DNA from: Acanthaster planci
Lineage: Eukaryota
Assembly (NCBI RefSeq): GCF_001949145.1
Contig: NW_019091404.1
Coordinates: 2,604,001 to 2,666,000 of the forward strand
DNA: 62,000 bases
Direction of reading: 5' to 3'
The notes under the pieces were generated by a model. The model saw only the letters and a list, made by a program, of their open reading frames with translations. It was not told where the DNA came from and did no database searches. Of the stretch, positions 1 through 21,570 are shown in pieces; within the stretch, counting starts at the first letter, position 1, and each line of letters starts with the position of its first letter. The position numbers were made by a program, and so were the translations under genes.

Positions 1-1489
1 TATTCTTTCACTTCAAAGAGCAACACACTGCAAGCTAAAACAGCTGGAACTAAAAATAAGCACAGGAAGACAATTCATTATCAAAACACTGTCACAAGCC
101 AAATGATACAGGAAAGGAACAACTTCTGTTTTTATCACAGCGACAATTTCCTTTGGCAAACGGTGCAAGGTGCATCAAGGGACAAGTCGGGCAATTGGGT
201 CTGATGCCACCAATAAATAGAAAAGTTTATTAGATTTAAGTACATGTATGACGCTTTTGCAACACAGATCCCTGCCGTAGACTTCTCAGTTTTCAAATAC
301 GTGTACCGGTAAGACACCGATGCTAGTCCCTGTGTCACAGAAACAATTAATGTACACTTGTTAAATGAAACTACACACATTAGCCTTGATTTGTTTCGGT
401 TCCCAACAACAAACATGTATCTACAGCCCGAGAGTGTTGACAGGTACTGCACCAATTTCCTGTAGCTGACAGCGTGTGGTTTGGAATAAAATATTCGATA
501 ATACCACAAATGCACAATTTACGTTGCTTTGAGGAAGTGGACCGATAGAAGTGAGAACAACACATTTCATTTGGAATTTGACTGTCCATTGCAGGAAAAC
601 ATACGTAGCAGAGTGACGGTACTTTATTTTTCTGCAGTTTTCACAAAGCAGTTGAATGTGACTGGTAGCAGTGAACACCTCTAGCATTAATACTGAGCAA
701 TTTATTGGTTTAAAATGTACTTTTGAAAACATATAATGTCCGAGAAATTATAAGGAATCATTCTGTACTCACCCGGGACACCAGATAATTTATGTACATG
801 TACATGTATTTCTACAACACGGTGTTATGGAAAATGAAACACCCTGTTCACAGTTTGCACTTGTCTGATAAATGGACTTTGAGCCCTATCAATCTCAAAC
901 TACTTGCATCTCAAAAAGTATTTGCATGTATTTGTAAAAGCTACTTGTTTATTTGAACTGATAATTTAACATTTTTGCTTACGCACTCATCTGTATTTTC
1001 AACTACAAATACAGTCTACAAGAGGTCTTTAAAGTGACTCCGTTTAATTTCAACTCGTGACAATTTGTTCAAAGTGTGAAGAGTCAAGAAAACTTGAAAA
1101 TGAACCAGGGAAAACACTGTGATTGAGGGATTTGGTTGTCAAAATCATGTCAAGTATTTGGAGGGAGTCCTTAACCTAAACAGTGACCTACATGTACAAG
1201 CATTCGTAAAGAATTCCAATATCACTGAGGCACTATCGAAAAGGTAAAGTGTTCTGTTGATTTTTGTGAATGTCTGTGAATAATTTATGGGGTCATTTTT
1301 TTTATTTTTGTTTCCCAAAGTTTGGTTTCAATTGCTTTGCGCAAATTTATCAAATGAAGCATCTGTGAAAAGGATCCACCCACGAAATGTCAAATTTGGC
1401 CGCAAATGGTCTTCTTCCTGCTTTGCATTTTGGATGGCTCTTAGACCGTGGGTAGACCCACAACACTAGACAAACAACCCCATGACAAG

Positions 1490-1705
1490 TTGGGGTGGCA
1501 ACCACAATGGGCAGGTGGTTGATATGGCCACTATGACTGCAATAGATGGGTGGCCAAGACAGGAAGATGGCTACACACAGTGGCCATAAGGGGGCAAGTG
1601 GCCACAACAGGAAAGTGGCCAAATCAGACAGGTGGCTACAATAGACTGGTAGCCATAATGGGTAAGTGGCCATAACATCCAAGTGGCCACAATTACCCGG
1701 TGACT
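1490..1705. repeat. Degenerate ~17-bp tandem repeat (AAGTGGCCACAAT-like)
   Basis: Recurring GTGGC(C/T)A cores at roughly 17-bp spacing. Confidence 0.65.
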
Positions 1706-2298
1706 GAAGTAAAAACAGGCAGCAAAGCACACAGGCAAGTGGACAGGGTGGGGACCTCTGGCAAGAAAAAGTCAAGCCAAGCATTCATTTCTGACTTTCT
1801 GAGCATGACACATCTGTCTACACACTATCAAATTACATCCATAGTGTATGTGTACTGTATGTACGCGTACTTGAACCCACGTGTACTGTTTGGGTAAACA
1901 GTCAATTTTTTTAAGACTGAGTGTCTAGGACAGGTGACTCAGAAAAATTTTGGACTTGGGTACAAGATCTGTCACCGACGCTGCCTTTCCCAAACACCTG
2001 TTTTTCCAGCCAGCATCACTGGACCTGTTTCCTGTGACAGGAACAATCGTAAAAAGCTGACGGGGAGCCGCTTAGCTTTGCTTTGTCCTCTGATCCTTGG
2101 GTTCATGGTCTCCATTTTTCGTCAAAGATGGAATATGATCATTAAATTAGCACATGTACACGTATGCAAATCACTACTTTGGGAAAACAGTGACATGCAC
2201 TACCTCAAATGAATGTAATTACACGGACATCTCTTGGCTTTGTGTGTTGTTCAAGACTATACTACCTCTGTAAGGTAAGATATAAACCAAGGATATAC

Positions 2299-5200
2299 CT
2301 GGTGATTTTCTGGATCGTAGACTTTGATCCCTGAGAGCGAGATGAAGAGAGACACTGGCCGAGATTTCTTGGGATTCTGTAAGAGAAAAGGCAGGATTCA
2401 TTCACCACAGATAAACAGCCAATCAACCAACGGACAGACAAACCTGCAAACAATAATTAAAACATATAAGGAGTGAGAAAAATATGGACAACTGAACAAA
2501 TTGAGATTGAACAGCTGCATAAAACAGACCACAGACTTCAGTCACAGAAACACAGAAGCAAGGTAAAGTTTACTTTGCCTGACACATTGCTACATGGTAC
2601 ATGTAATTCCAGAAATTAGGAGTCCAAAAGTGTGACATTTTTGTGTCCCTGTTACATCTGACCTTTGTTATTCGACATGGAATATCACCGGAATCGATTT
2701 CAAACTATAACTATTTGTTTGGCAGGTAATTTGCATTAATTCATCCCTCGTGGAAATCAGAAAATGTGTAACTCACAAATAGATCAGATGTGACAGGGAA
2801 ACGAAAAAAATGGACCCCTAATTTCTGGAATTACCCACATGTCAAAAAAATTACACTTGAAAGGTGAAACATCTCCCAACACTTAAAAAACTATCTTGCC
2901 CGAATTGCAGATTTTGTAAATCTGCAAGTCTGGGTAATTTGCTATTCTGTGTAATTGCGAAGTGTAAGTGCCATAATCACACATCCAGTATTGGCCATGT
3001 ACAGTTTATTTACTGCTTTATAAACAGACCTTTTAAAATAAACAGAACAGAGTAGTCAGTACATGCAGGTGTATGAAGGCCACTGGATGTGACCTACTTA
3101 CAATAAATACACCTGACAAACATGACAGACATTGAACGAACAAGGTACCTGTAGGGACTGAAGCTGAAGACGAACAAACTCAGCTCTGTTGTTAGGTTGT
3201 AGATGCGCCACCGAAAAAGATCCCACATACTGTAATGAAATGACAGGTTAAAATGATGTTTTTGCTTGAAACATGCACCTGTTTGGATATGAATGCACGA
3301 TGACTTTAAAAGCTTGTCATCATCTCTGTTGTGCATTACAAATTTGCGGGATGCATCAATTATTAGCGATGAAAGAGTGTCCTTGAGGAGTTCATATTCA
3401 GTAAATTTAGTACAAACTACACCTAGTACCCAACTACGCATACATGATAAGCACTAAGTTAATCACAAGATTTACACACTGTCACTTAAATCTGACACAC
3501 TACATGTACCAGATTTTAGTTTTTGTCTATGAATGATTACACCATGTTTTGCCCTTGAAATGTTGCCTTACAATTGAAACTTTCTACCCTTAAAGGTATT
3601 TAACAACTACAAGAAAAGTACATGTACATGCATTCGATATGCAAGTAATATTTTTGTTCAAGGTACAGCAATCAACATAATCAGCACTTTCATGATCATG
3701 TTCTTTTAAAGGATTCATTCTCAATTTCTGGAAATATCTGAGGAATACTGTGACCTTTGCTGATCTTTGCTCGACCCAATAACTCATAGCGATCAGGCCC
3801 AGCCTCCAACTGTGAAATCTCTAGGTGTAACAGGACTAGACATGAGGCATCCAATGGAATGGCTGAATTCTGTCCTGACAGTGCATAACGTAATGACTCA
3901 ATGAATGCAATATTTCAGCTATCAGGCCCCCAACTGCTTTCTGATATGAACAACGGCTGACTGGTGTGATCTCCCATCAGATGTCAAACGATATTTCAGG
4001 AGTTTGGATTCTGAAGAGGCTCTCCAAGGAATCAGTAATGTATTCAGGAAGGAAAAAAGGAAAAACATAATTATTTTTCCCACAACCAAAATGTATAGCT
4101 ACCAGCTTTCTGTACATTTAAGCCAAAGAATGTAAACTTTCCGAACTATGTACATGTACATTGTAAATGTATGTTGGCACAAGATTACATGTACATATTT
4201 TGTTCCAAAATAGAAACCATATTATTGGGGAAAAAATTGGTCACATGGGTTTCATGGTTTTAAGGTACCAGCAGCGTACCTACATGTACATGTACAGTAC
4301 TGTACACACAGACCAAAGGATGTGCGTACAGCAACATACAATTGTACACATAAATAATGTACATTATTCAGCACACACATTTAATCCAAACAAAGCCTTG
4401 TACAGTCTGCGGTGTTTTTCTAATTTCATTGATTATTGGGATGACTAACAAGCAAAATTAACTGCAGTTCTAATAGCCCTAATTTCCATGGCAACAGGTA
4501 CATGTACAGGTATACACAAAGCTTGGCTGCAGAGGTGAATTCTCTGTGAGAGCCCACACTAATAATTTGCAAGGTCAGATACACCATAGAGCTACAAACC
4601 CAGCTCTATGGATACACAATGCACTATCATCTCAGAGAGTGGCAGCAGGCCAGGCAGGAGAGCCTAGAGGACAGAATGATTGCCGGGAGCAAGCTCCCTG
4701 CTTCAGTTTCACCTTGGCCTAATGCACAGGGGGTGAGGATAATTGGAAGACAGATTAAATGGCTTATGATGGCTGATCCTGACTGACGTACAGGTGCACA
4801 AGATACAGGTGCACAAGATACCAGGTGCACAAGATACAGGTGCACAAGATACAGGTGCACAAGATACAGGTGCACAAGATACAGGTGCACAAGATACAGG
4901 TGCACAAGATACAGGTGCACAAGATACAGGTGCACAAGATACAGGTGCACAAGATACAGGTGCACAAGATACAGGTGCACAAGATACAGGTGCACAAGAT
5001 ACCTGAACTACATGTAGAAATGTATGTACTGTATACATGTACATCATTGGGTATATTCAGATACAACAGAAGCAGCGTGACGGATATATGACCGACCACT
5101 ATTTGCATAAACACACAGTAGGTGTTTCCTTCTGGCAATAAGTTATGTCAAGACTTGAAAATGGCAATGTGTCTGGCCCAAATTCAGACTGATCCTCTCT

Positions 5201-8200
5201 CAGGGGTGGGGGGACGATGGAAGGGGGAGTGGAAGGGATAGATGAACATGTAATGAACACACTCTACAGTCCCTACAACTCGGTCCTCATTTTGACTAAC
5301 AATAAAACAACTTCCCCATAATGCCACGGCCTACCAAGCTGGGCACATACAGTAACTGTGGAAGCATGCTTTCTGCACATGTGCATGCAAGTGTGCCTGT
5401 ATTGGTATCAAGGTGCTGACCCTAATTAGACAAGAGCGATACATACAAGAGTTAATATCTTAAGCTACATGTGCATCATCAGGTGTCTGGCAAAAGATCG
5501 TAAGTACGCGTTTACGCCCTTTTGCCGGGGAGCATGATCACAGCAGAAAAAATATTCCCCACAAAAGGGCGTAAGAACCACACTCTCTTTATTTAGTAAA
5601 ACAGATAAAATTTACTACAAAATCAACACAGGCTGTAAAAAAAAGCAGTGTTTGAACAACTTATTAAATGACTTGGGATTTTTTTTTTACTTTTTGCAAA
5701 GAAATCTTTATTGTTAATTAATTAAAATAAAACAGTTGCATACCGGTACATACATCCTTTTGCCGACAAACGTTTACATGTATTTTGCAGTGATCATGCT
5801 TCCCAGCAAAAGGGCATACTTATGCCCTTCTTCCAGGCACCCGACCGTATGTACTTTGCATAAATTTATACTATGCACCATGGAGGAAGGAACAAACATA
5901 CAGTGTAGATACACGTACCACAAAGTTTCAACTTTTGAACTGTTTTATGCTACAGTGACACAAGGACAAAAGGATGACCACTCATTGTTGTCAGTAGCTC
6001 CCTACAGACATGAGTCACAGAGGTACATCACTGAATATAGGGGTGGGTAGCCGTGTCAGTCAGGTAGAATACAAATATAAAGAATCAGTAGCACTTGAAT
6101 GACTAAACTCTGCATAAGCTTTCGTAGCTACAGCTACTTCATTGCAGCTACGAAAGCTTATGAAGACTTTTACTTTAATAGTTAGTCATTAAAGTGCTAC
6201 TGACTCTTTATAGAGGTACATCAGACACTGGGTTCACAATTGCCAGCAAAGAACTCACTGAAATGGTCCAGCCGTGCAATGAAAATATAGAAGAGGTCAA
6301 AGAAATGCAACTGAAGCTTGCCTCGTCTTCCTTCTTACTTCAGAGTCTTTCTTCACAGGTCGGGTTTGAACTCTTACCAGAGCCAACAGATTTTTGTAAT
6401 GATTTCTACACATTCATCTTTTACAAAAGCTAATGAGTACAGGAATTACATGTATGTAAATTATATGTAAAGGTATATTACTGGACAAAATAAACAACTC
6501 TATGAAACAATCTTATGAAATCAAAACCCATTTCTTGAAAAATAAACGCTGTCATTATTATACACATTCTCTCTCTTATTTGTTTGATGCTTTAAACCAT
6601 TCATACAAGTAAATTTTTCCCACATCTTAAGCCTATCTTAATATTTTTTCTGAGCCAGACTAAATCTGTAGCATCACAGACAACTGAAGTAAGAAATAAG
6701 GGCCGCCCAGAGGTGAGATTTTTCAAACACAACTCTTGCCTCCATGTACTGTGCATTTAGTGATGATTTTGCAAAGCTTTCATAAATCACTTTGTACGTG
6801 ATACAGTCCGCGGAATGAAACCTCTCTGCATGCTCAGCATGTACACTTCCCTAGCAGCATACTCCCATTCAAACCCTGTCTCAATTTCTGCTCTTTCTTC
6901 CTAATTCCTCCGTGCCGGCCATCCGATGACTGCATGAGGTCATTGACAACCGGACTTATGGAAACAAAATGACTCACTGCACCCATTTCGGAATAGGAAA
7001 CTGAAACCCTAAACCATTTCTCACTCCAGGAGGGGGTACGATAGTATCTAATGAGAATATGTAAGAACTGAACTGAATATCCCGAACAACAGTTTGGGTA
7101 CACGTCAAAGATTTGACCCTTGGGATATCAGGCAGGTGGAAAATTACCACTTTTGATTTTGCGGTCCATGCAGTTATCAGATTTCTGCTCTTTGGTGCTG
7201 AGAATTTCTTGACTTTTAGTTCATTCTAGATTTTAAGGTACATCTACCTTAACAAACAAACCAAACCAAACCAAACCTAATTTGCACTGATTGACGTCTT
7301 CGGAATTGGTAATTACATGTGTAAATGCACACACTGACGTTGGTGAGTTTATTCCCAAATTTTGGCTGTTTGAATATTTCTCAGTTGCTTATTGTATTCC
7401 TACCCCCATTTTCTTGAGATTTTCAAAACCTCATGAAAATGAATATGTATGCAAGGTTATGTACATTACCGGTACCAGCAGCATCAGTACTTTTTTATTT
7501 TACTGGATTAAATCTTTAATTCCATTTGGAGCATTTAAATTAATATGCAAACATAAACAAGTGTCATGGAAGTTTTTTCATCACATGATGTGTGCAACAT
7601 TTACAGCCACAGAACATGTTCAGGTCCATTTATTTGTTAGAAGTAAATTGAAAATTGGCAATGGACTGCTCAGCATACAGATGGAATGACACCTGCTTTT
7701 AAATGCATTATGAAGAAGACAATAAATAATACGTTAACAGATGTTGCACTGGGCCAAGCAAGGGCTACATGTTTATAGAAACCATTAACCATGCACCCTG
7801 CCAACCGAGATCATATTCATAATCCGCTCCGAGAAGGAACAAAAGAGGGCGTGTTCGAAGTGAAATTGACAGTCCTTTGGTATGTACTCATCACATAGGC
7901 ATGCAAGTTTATGTGCATTTGACACGGATCACCCTGAGTACGAGTTTAGTGTGGAATATATGGTCTTCGCGTGAACGCCGAACGTGTGCAAAAATCTGGT
8001 TGGAAAACTTAGCACCATCTGTTTTTGTTTGGCCGGTGAGGGTGCACTTTAGCTCAGGGCGGACAGCAAGGCAGTCCAAAGAGCTGCAGGGAGATCGACA
8101 GCTGCGATGTGAACATTTGGGGGTTGTTTCAACATGTGCTGGTACACATACATGTACATGTATGTGTACACATGTACTGTCTTCCAATGTGCTCAGCCTA

Positions 8201-10855
8201 ACCGACAATGTTACTGTTTCACTTTTGCATTAGGTGCTACATAAGGACTTGGCAATGTCCAGATTAAAGCTCTTTGTTCCTGTAATGTATTGATAACAGG
8301 AACAAAAAATTCTCATCACTTCCTGATTTGTAGACATGTTTGTCTGTCATAATATGCTTTTAAGATAAGTTTACCTTGAGAGAAATTACAGATACATGTA
8401 GGGTGAGTGACGAAACTTGAACAATAAAAAAACCCGGTAATTTCATGATTTAAAAATGATCTTGTTTGTTTTCCTGAAAAAATTCTGGGAGCAAGAACAG
8501 AAAAAATTTCAAACAAATACTGGCACTGAACAGGATATGAGAGTTTGATTACCGTAATACATCCTTCCCTTGAGTAAAACATCAACCTCCATGGATGCTG
8601 TTTGACCAATTATCCAGCCAACCTCCATAAATGCATGAGTCTTTTTATGGGGGGGTCAACCGATCTGAAGAGATTTCTAGCCTCCACAAATCCACCATCA
8701 TGTTAATTAAGTGAGGAAAAACTATACATACACGTTCCTTTTTTTGCAACTGAAAAAGCAGGTGAACATCATAACCTCAAAACTCTGTTGTTGCACTGTG
8801 CAAAGCTGGAGATCAGCATCTTGAGAAAAACGTCCCCACACAAAGAGGATTCACTTGACCAGCCCATCGACGTCATCAATTCATCTGTCCATACTGATCC
8901 TGGATTTGCTCTTTGTCCAGGATTTCAATACGTTATACCATCACTTAGCAAAGGGCTACACAATAGAGTGTATTATACACGAGTACAAGAATAACAAAAA
9001 AAACTAGTGTGCATGATTATCGGGCTGTGCAATCCAGGAAATGAAATGCATAAAAAAGAGTACTCTTTTCAATGCTACGAGATACCAGCTGTAACTTTAC
9101 CGGTTTGTGACCATTTACCACCAAACAATAACACACCTGTTTTCAAATGTTTGTTAGGGAGAAAGTACAAAGTGGATTCAACCAGAAGGTGGTCACTAAA
9201 ACATTTGTAGGATCTGATGCTTTTAGAAACGCATGAGACGCACATGTACATGTCTGTATAATACTACTTGCAGACAGAAAACAAAAGGAAAACGGAATCA
9301 TGGCAAATAGCTGTAAATGTCACAAATGATCACAGTTCCCATCTGGTAGAATTTAGTATTATTTTGCTTGTTACCAAGTCAAGTTACCCATGTATATACA
9401 TGTACATGTGGCTATGGAAGCAAGAAAAAAAACATAGTGAACTACATGTATGATTAAAATAGTTCTTTATACATGTATTTATCTCCAAGTATTTCAGTCT
9501 GTTAATTTGAAATACAAGTGTTCTTTTAAACAGCAGGATACAAGGGAAAAGGTGATTTTATGTCCACCAGCAGTCTGTGCACTACAAATGCAAGTCATGC
9601 ATGATCTGCATGCATTGGGGTATTATAATAAAGATTTCTCAATTTGCCAGCTGAGCAGCTGACTATAAAATTGATTATAGTTGTTGCTCACTGGGGTGTG
9701 AATGTCTTGCACAATGGACTATGCATGGACGCCTTGCCATCATAACAAAAGGGATTCCCCTGAGGCACCTGATTCATGAACCTTGGCAGTTTTTGTTTCT
9801 TCTTTGATCGAAGGAAAAACAGGTTTATGTGAAATTTAGCAACTATGTGTCAAATGGGACCATTTGGAGGAGTTCAGTGTTACAATATCCGGGGGGTTTA
9901 AAAATTGACACATATCAAGTGCAGTTTTATGCATGTACATGTACTTGGCTGATTAAACAAATAAGGGCACTTGTATTGGTGACTTCCAAAAGTGTCACAA
10001 GTACACAGGTATTTCATGATTAACTTTAAAAATGCATGGAAGCTTCATGTGTAAACATGTGAGCAAATGCAAAAAATCTTCAACTTCAAGTCAACAAAGA
10101 AACTTACAGTACGGAAAAGGCGGGGGTACTGGACCACATAAGAAAAGCAAGAAATTAACCAGCTGTGTAACTTTTTGAACGCTGTTGGTCAAAATCTCCT
10201 CCTGGTTGAAAATTCCCTCACTTACCCTGTATGTGCAGAGCTATTACATAATATGTTGGCTTCTAAATGTTTGTATTTGAAAATCAAAATATTTTCCCAC
10301 TTATTGTAAAAACATAGGCCTAAAAACTATTTACAAAAGCTATCTACAAATAATTCATCACATGGAGATATATTATTAAAATTAGAATTCATATTATGAA
10401 TTAGAATTCGTCTGTAACAGTTGTTCACAAAATACTACCTACAATCCACGACCTGACGACAGTTTATAAAGATCCAATTGAACAACAACAAAAGATCCAA
10501 TCATATAGTGTCCTTGCTCTATGATCTGAAGTAATCACGAGAATTCTATACTCACCTCACATGCTTTAGTCACCCCCTTCGTACTCCACTCGTCGGCGAA
10601 ATCGCCGCAGTCTTGTCCGCCAGCGCCCGGCGCGCCGGAGCGCGGGCCGCCCGGTGAAGGCACGAGGCTTCCCCGTAGTCTCATCCCCGCTATACTGTCT
10701 GGATCGGGCTCTGAACTGTGCGAGCTTGAACTCGAAGCATCGCTCAACAATCGGGTTCTCTTGTCTAAATAACTGGATCTCTTTTTACCGGATAAAACAG
10801 GCCTTCTCTCTTCCTGATCCTCTGCGGCCACTCTGTTTCCTCTGCCGTTGTACAT
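2299..10855 (-). CDS. SH2D5: SH2D5-like PTB-domain adaptor, 5' part (3 coding exons; remainder presumably left of the window)
   Basis: Exons 10855-10556 (ATG...GVTKACE|GTGAGT), 3229-3149 (YVGSFSVAHLQPNNRAEFVRLQLQSLQ) and 2376-2299 (NPKKSRPVSLFISLSGIKVYDPENHQ). All are phase 0 with GT-AG boundaries and pyrimidine tracts. The joined peptide resembles the start of the human SH2D5 PTB domain as recalled (CITKFAQYVGSFPV...QQLWALK...RRAVILKFSLQGLKIYS). The expected next exon (MAHALRRI-like) was not found in 1-2298. Confidence 0.82.
2603..2834. mobile_element. MITE-like element
   Basis: Terminal inverted repeats GTAATTCCAGAAATTAGG(A/G)GTCCA, plus an internal inverted pair CCCTGTTACATCTGA / TCAGATGTGACAGGG. 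Confidence 0.75.
4789..5002. repeat. 15-bp minisatellite (TACAGGTGCACAAGA) x ~14
   Basis: Near-perfect tandem array with one 1-nt insertion near 4822. It generates the repetitive spurious ORFs at 4627-5138. Confidence 0.97.
5480..5843. mobile_element. MITE-like element with long imperfect TIRs
   Basis: Left end CAGGTGTCTGG...CCCTTTTGCCGGGGAGCATGATCACAGCAGAAA matches the reverse complement of the right end (CGGGTGCCTGG...CCCTTTTGCTGGGAAGCATGATCACTGCAAAA). Confidence 0.7.
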
Positions 10856-11029
10856 GATGGAAACAGATGGTAAAAAGGGGAAATTTCGGAGTCAAAGTTC
10901 TACCAAAGTTCGACCATCCTGTTGTCTGCCCCCACCGACGTTGCGTAGCCTCATTATGTGCGATGTACATACATGTATGTATGCATGCGCTGCACACATG
11001 CAGCCCGCACGGCAGATTTTGTTGTCGTA

Positions 11030-11210
11030 CGTCACTTCCGGAATCCCACTCTCCTCATCTTATAATATACAGCTTGTAGATGATACTTACAGATAGAACG
11101 CGTAAATCCTGAAGCAAGTTTATGCCGCATACTACACGTTACTTTCACAATGGTGCACGTGAAAGTAGGTCATAAAACAACTTCCTTGGATTCAAAATGG
11201 CGGCCTCCTG
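11030..11210. promoter_or_regulatory. Putative bidirectional promoter between SH2D5-like and LEKR1
   Basis: CpG-rich island (~10550-11530) between divergent genes. ETS-type CACTTCCGG at ~11033-11041 and YY1-type CAAAATGGCGGC at 11193-11204. Confidence 0.55.
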
Positions 11211-12680
11211 TACCCGATAAACTGTCTGGATTTTCGTTTCAGGAATGAGTCTAGCCCTAAAGTCACACTTTAACGGTAACACAGAATACTTGGTGATTTT
11301 ATCAGTTTTTGTGCTCTGCTTTGTCAGATCTAAAACAAGCTTATGAAATGAGATCTCCACTGCCCCAATGCATGCAAGGGAGCGATCGTAAACCGACGCC
11401 GCAGAGCGGTACAGCATGTACATGTACATGATGATGATGTAACGTGACTGAGATACATCATTTTACTAGTAGTATCGATGTCTCCAGTATTTAAAGCAGT
11501 AGTTACAACATTTCCCGATCGAAATAAAGATTGCTCGCTCACCTTCCTGAGTTATTCTATCCTTGCTGTTATTTAATTTTAACTCATAAGATTCCTAAAA
11601 TATTTTGTTTGTGGTTCAATTAATTTTTCTTCTACGATAGCTCAGAAAATCTGTGTGCGCACCGTATGCAAGCAGAGGTTAAGTCTCTATTAATTATCAC
11701 GGTATCGAGAAATAGTTCTACGATGGCCTTTAAAGCACTTTGTTTGTGAATAAATAAAGAAAAAAACAACGATTTTGTTTCAGAGGAAACAAAATAGGTC
11801 ATTTTGTGATAATGTTCCATTTTACCTATAATTAATTAGGCCTAGGCTAACTCCATTTTTCCAGTCTCCTCCTTAAAGATGCTGAACACCGAGGGAACAA
11901 GATGGGAACAATTCGGCTGCTTCAGCTTACACTTATTAATTCTAGAAAGGAATAACTTCATTCTTTTCACCAGAACTTGTTTACCCCAATCTTCAATGTA
12001 GCAATAACTTTTGACATTCATCTTATTCTTATTACTTAAATTGGTGTTTTGCCGAAGGAATAATAAATACGTGGGTATTGCAAATTTCATTTTTTTTATG
12101 CTTAAAGAAACATGCAAAAAGATTTTCTATGTTTCAATAAAACATATCCTTAGGCCATAAATTATTGATTACCTGGGCAAATATTGCCATTGGGAACTCA
12201 CTGGCAATGTCAAATTCAAAATTTCTGATACAGCGATAAAAGAGTTACCGCGATAATATAGGAATTGACTATACAGTGGGTATAAGTGCACCACCACTGT
12301 AACTGCCCCCGGCCTGGCCTGCCTGTATGCCGTCTGCCATGTGTTGTCTGAGCACTCGCATGGACATGTTGGTTATGGAAGTTGGGAAAGAGTTCCGTGT
12401 GCAGACCCCACTTGACACACCATGCATAAAGTACCAGGCCCAGGCCTAAACAACTTTGTTTTCCCTCCTAAATTGAACTTTCCTAGATAAGTTTTTGCTT
12501 TCTGATGGCTAATAGGCCCAGGTCACTTTAGGGAATAATTACTGGCGCCCATATGTATGGAAGTCTTTCCAGATGTTGGGCACAGTTCAGTTGATTTGCG
12601 AGATTGCTCGATCTTTACATTATTTTATTAACCAGATAGGCTTGATAGGCCTAATGTAATGTAGCCTATTTCCAGTCTAG

Positions 12681-21570
<8,890 letters not shown>

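Noticed and set aside
1350..1784. 144-aa minus-strand ORF rich in WP/WL
   Set aside because: Derived from the degenerate 17-bp repeat; it is not an SH2D5 exon.
4627..5138. Repetitive ORFs (HLYLV)n, (GAQDT)n, (VHKIQ)n
   Set aside because: Translations of the 15-bp intronic minisatellite.
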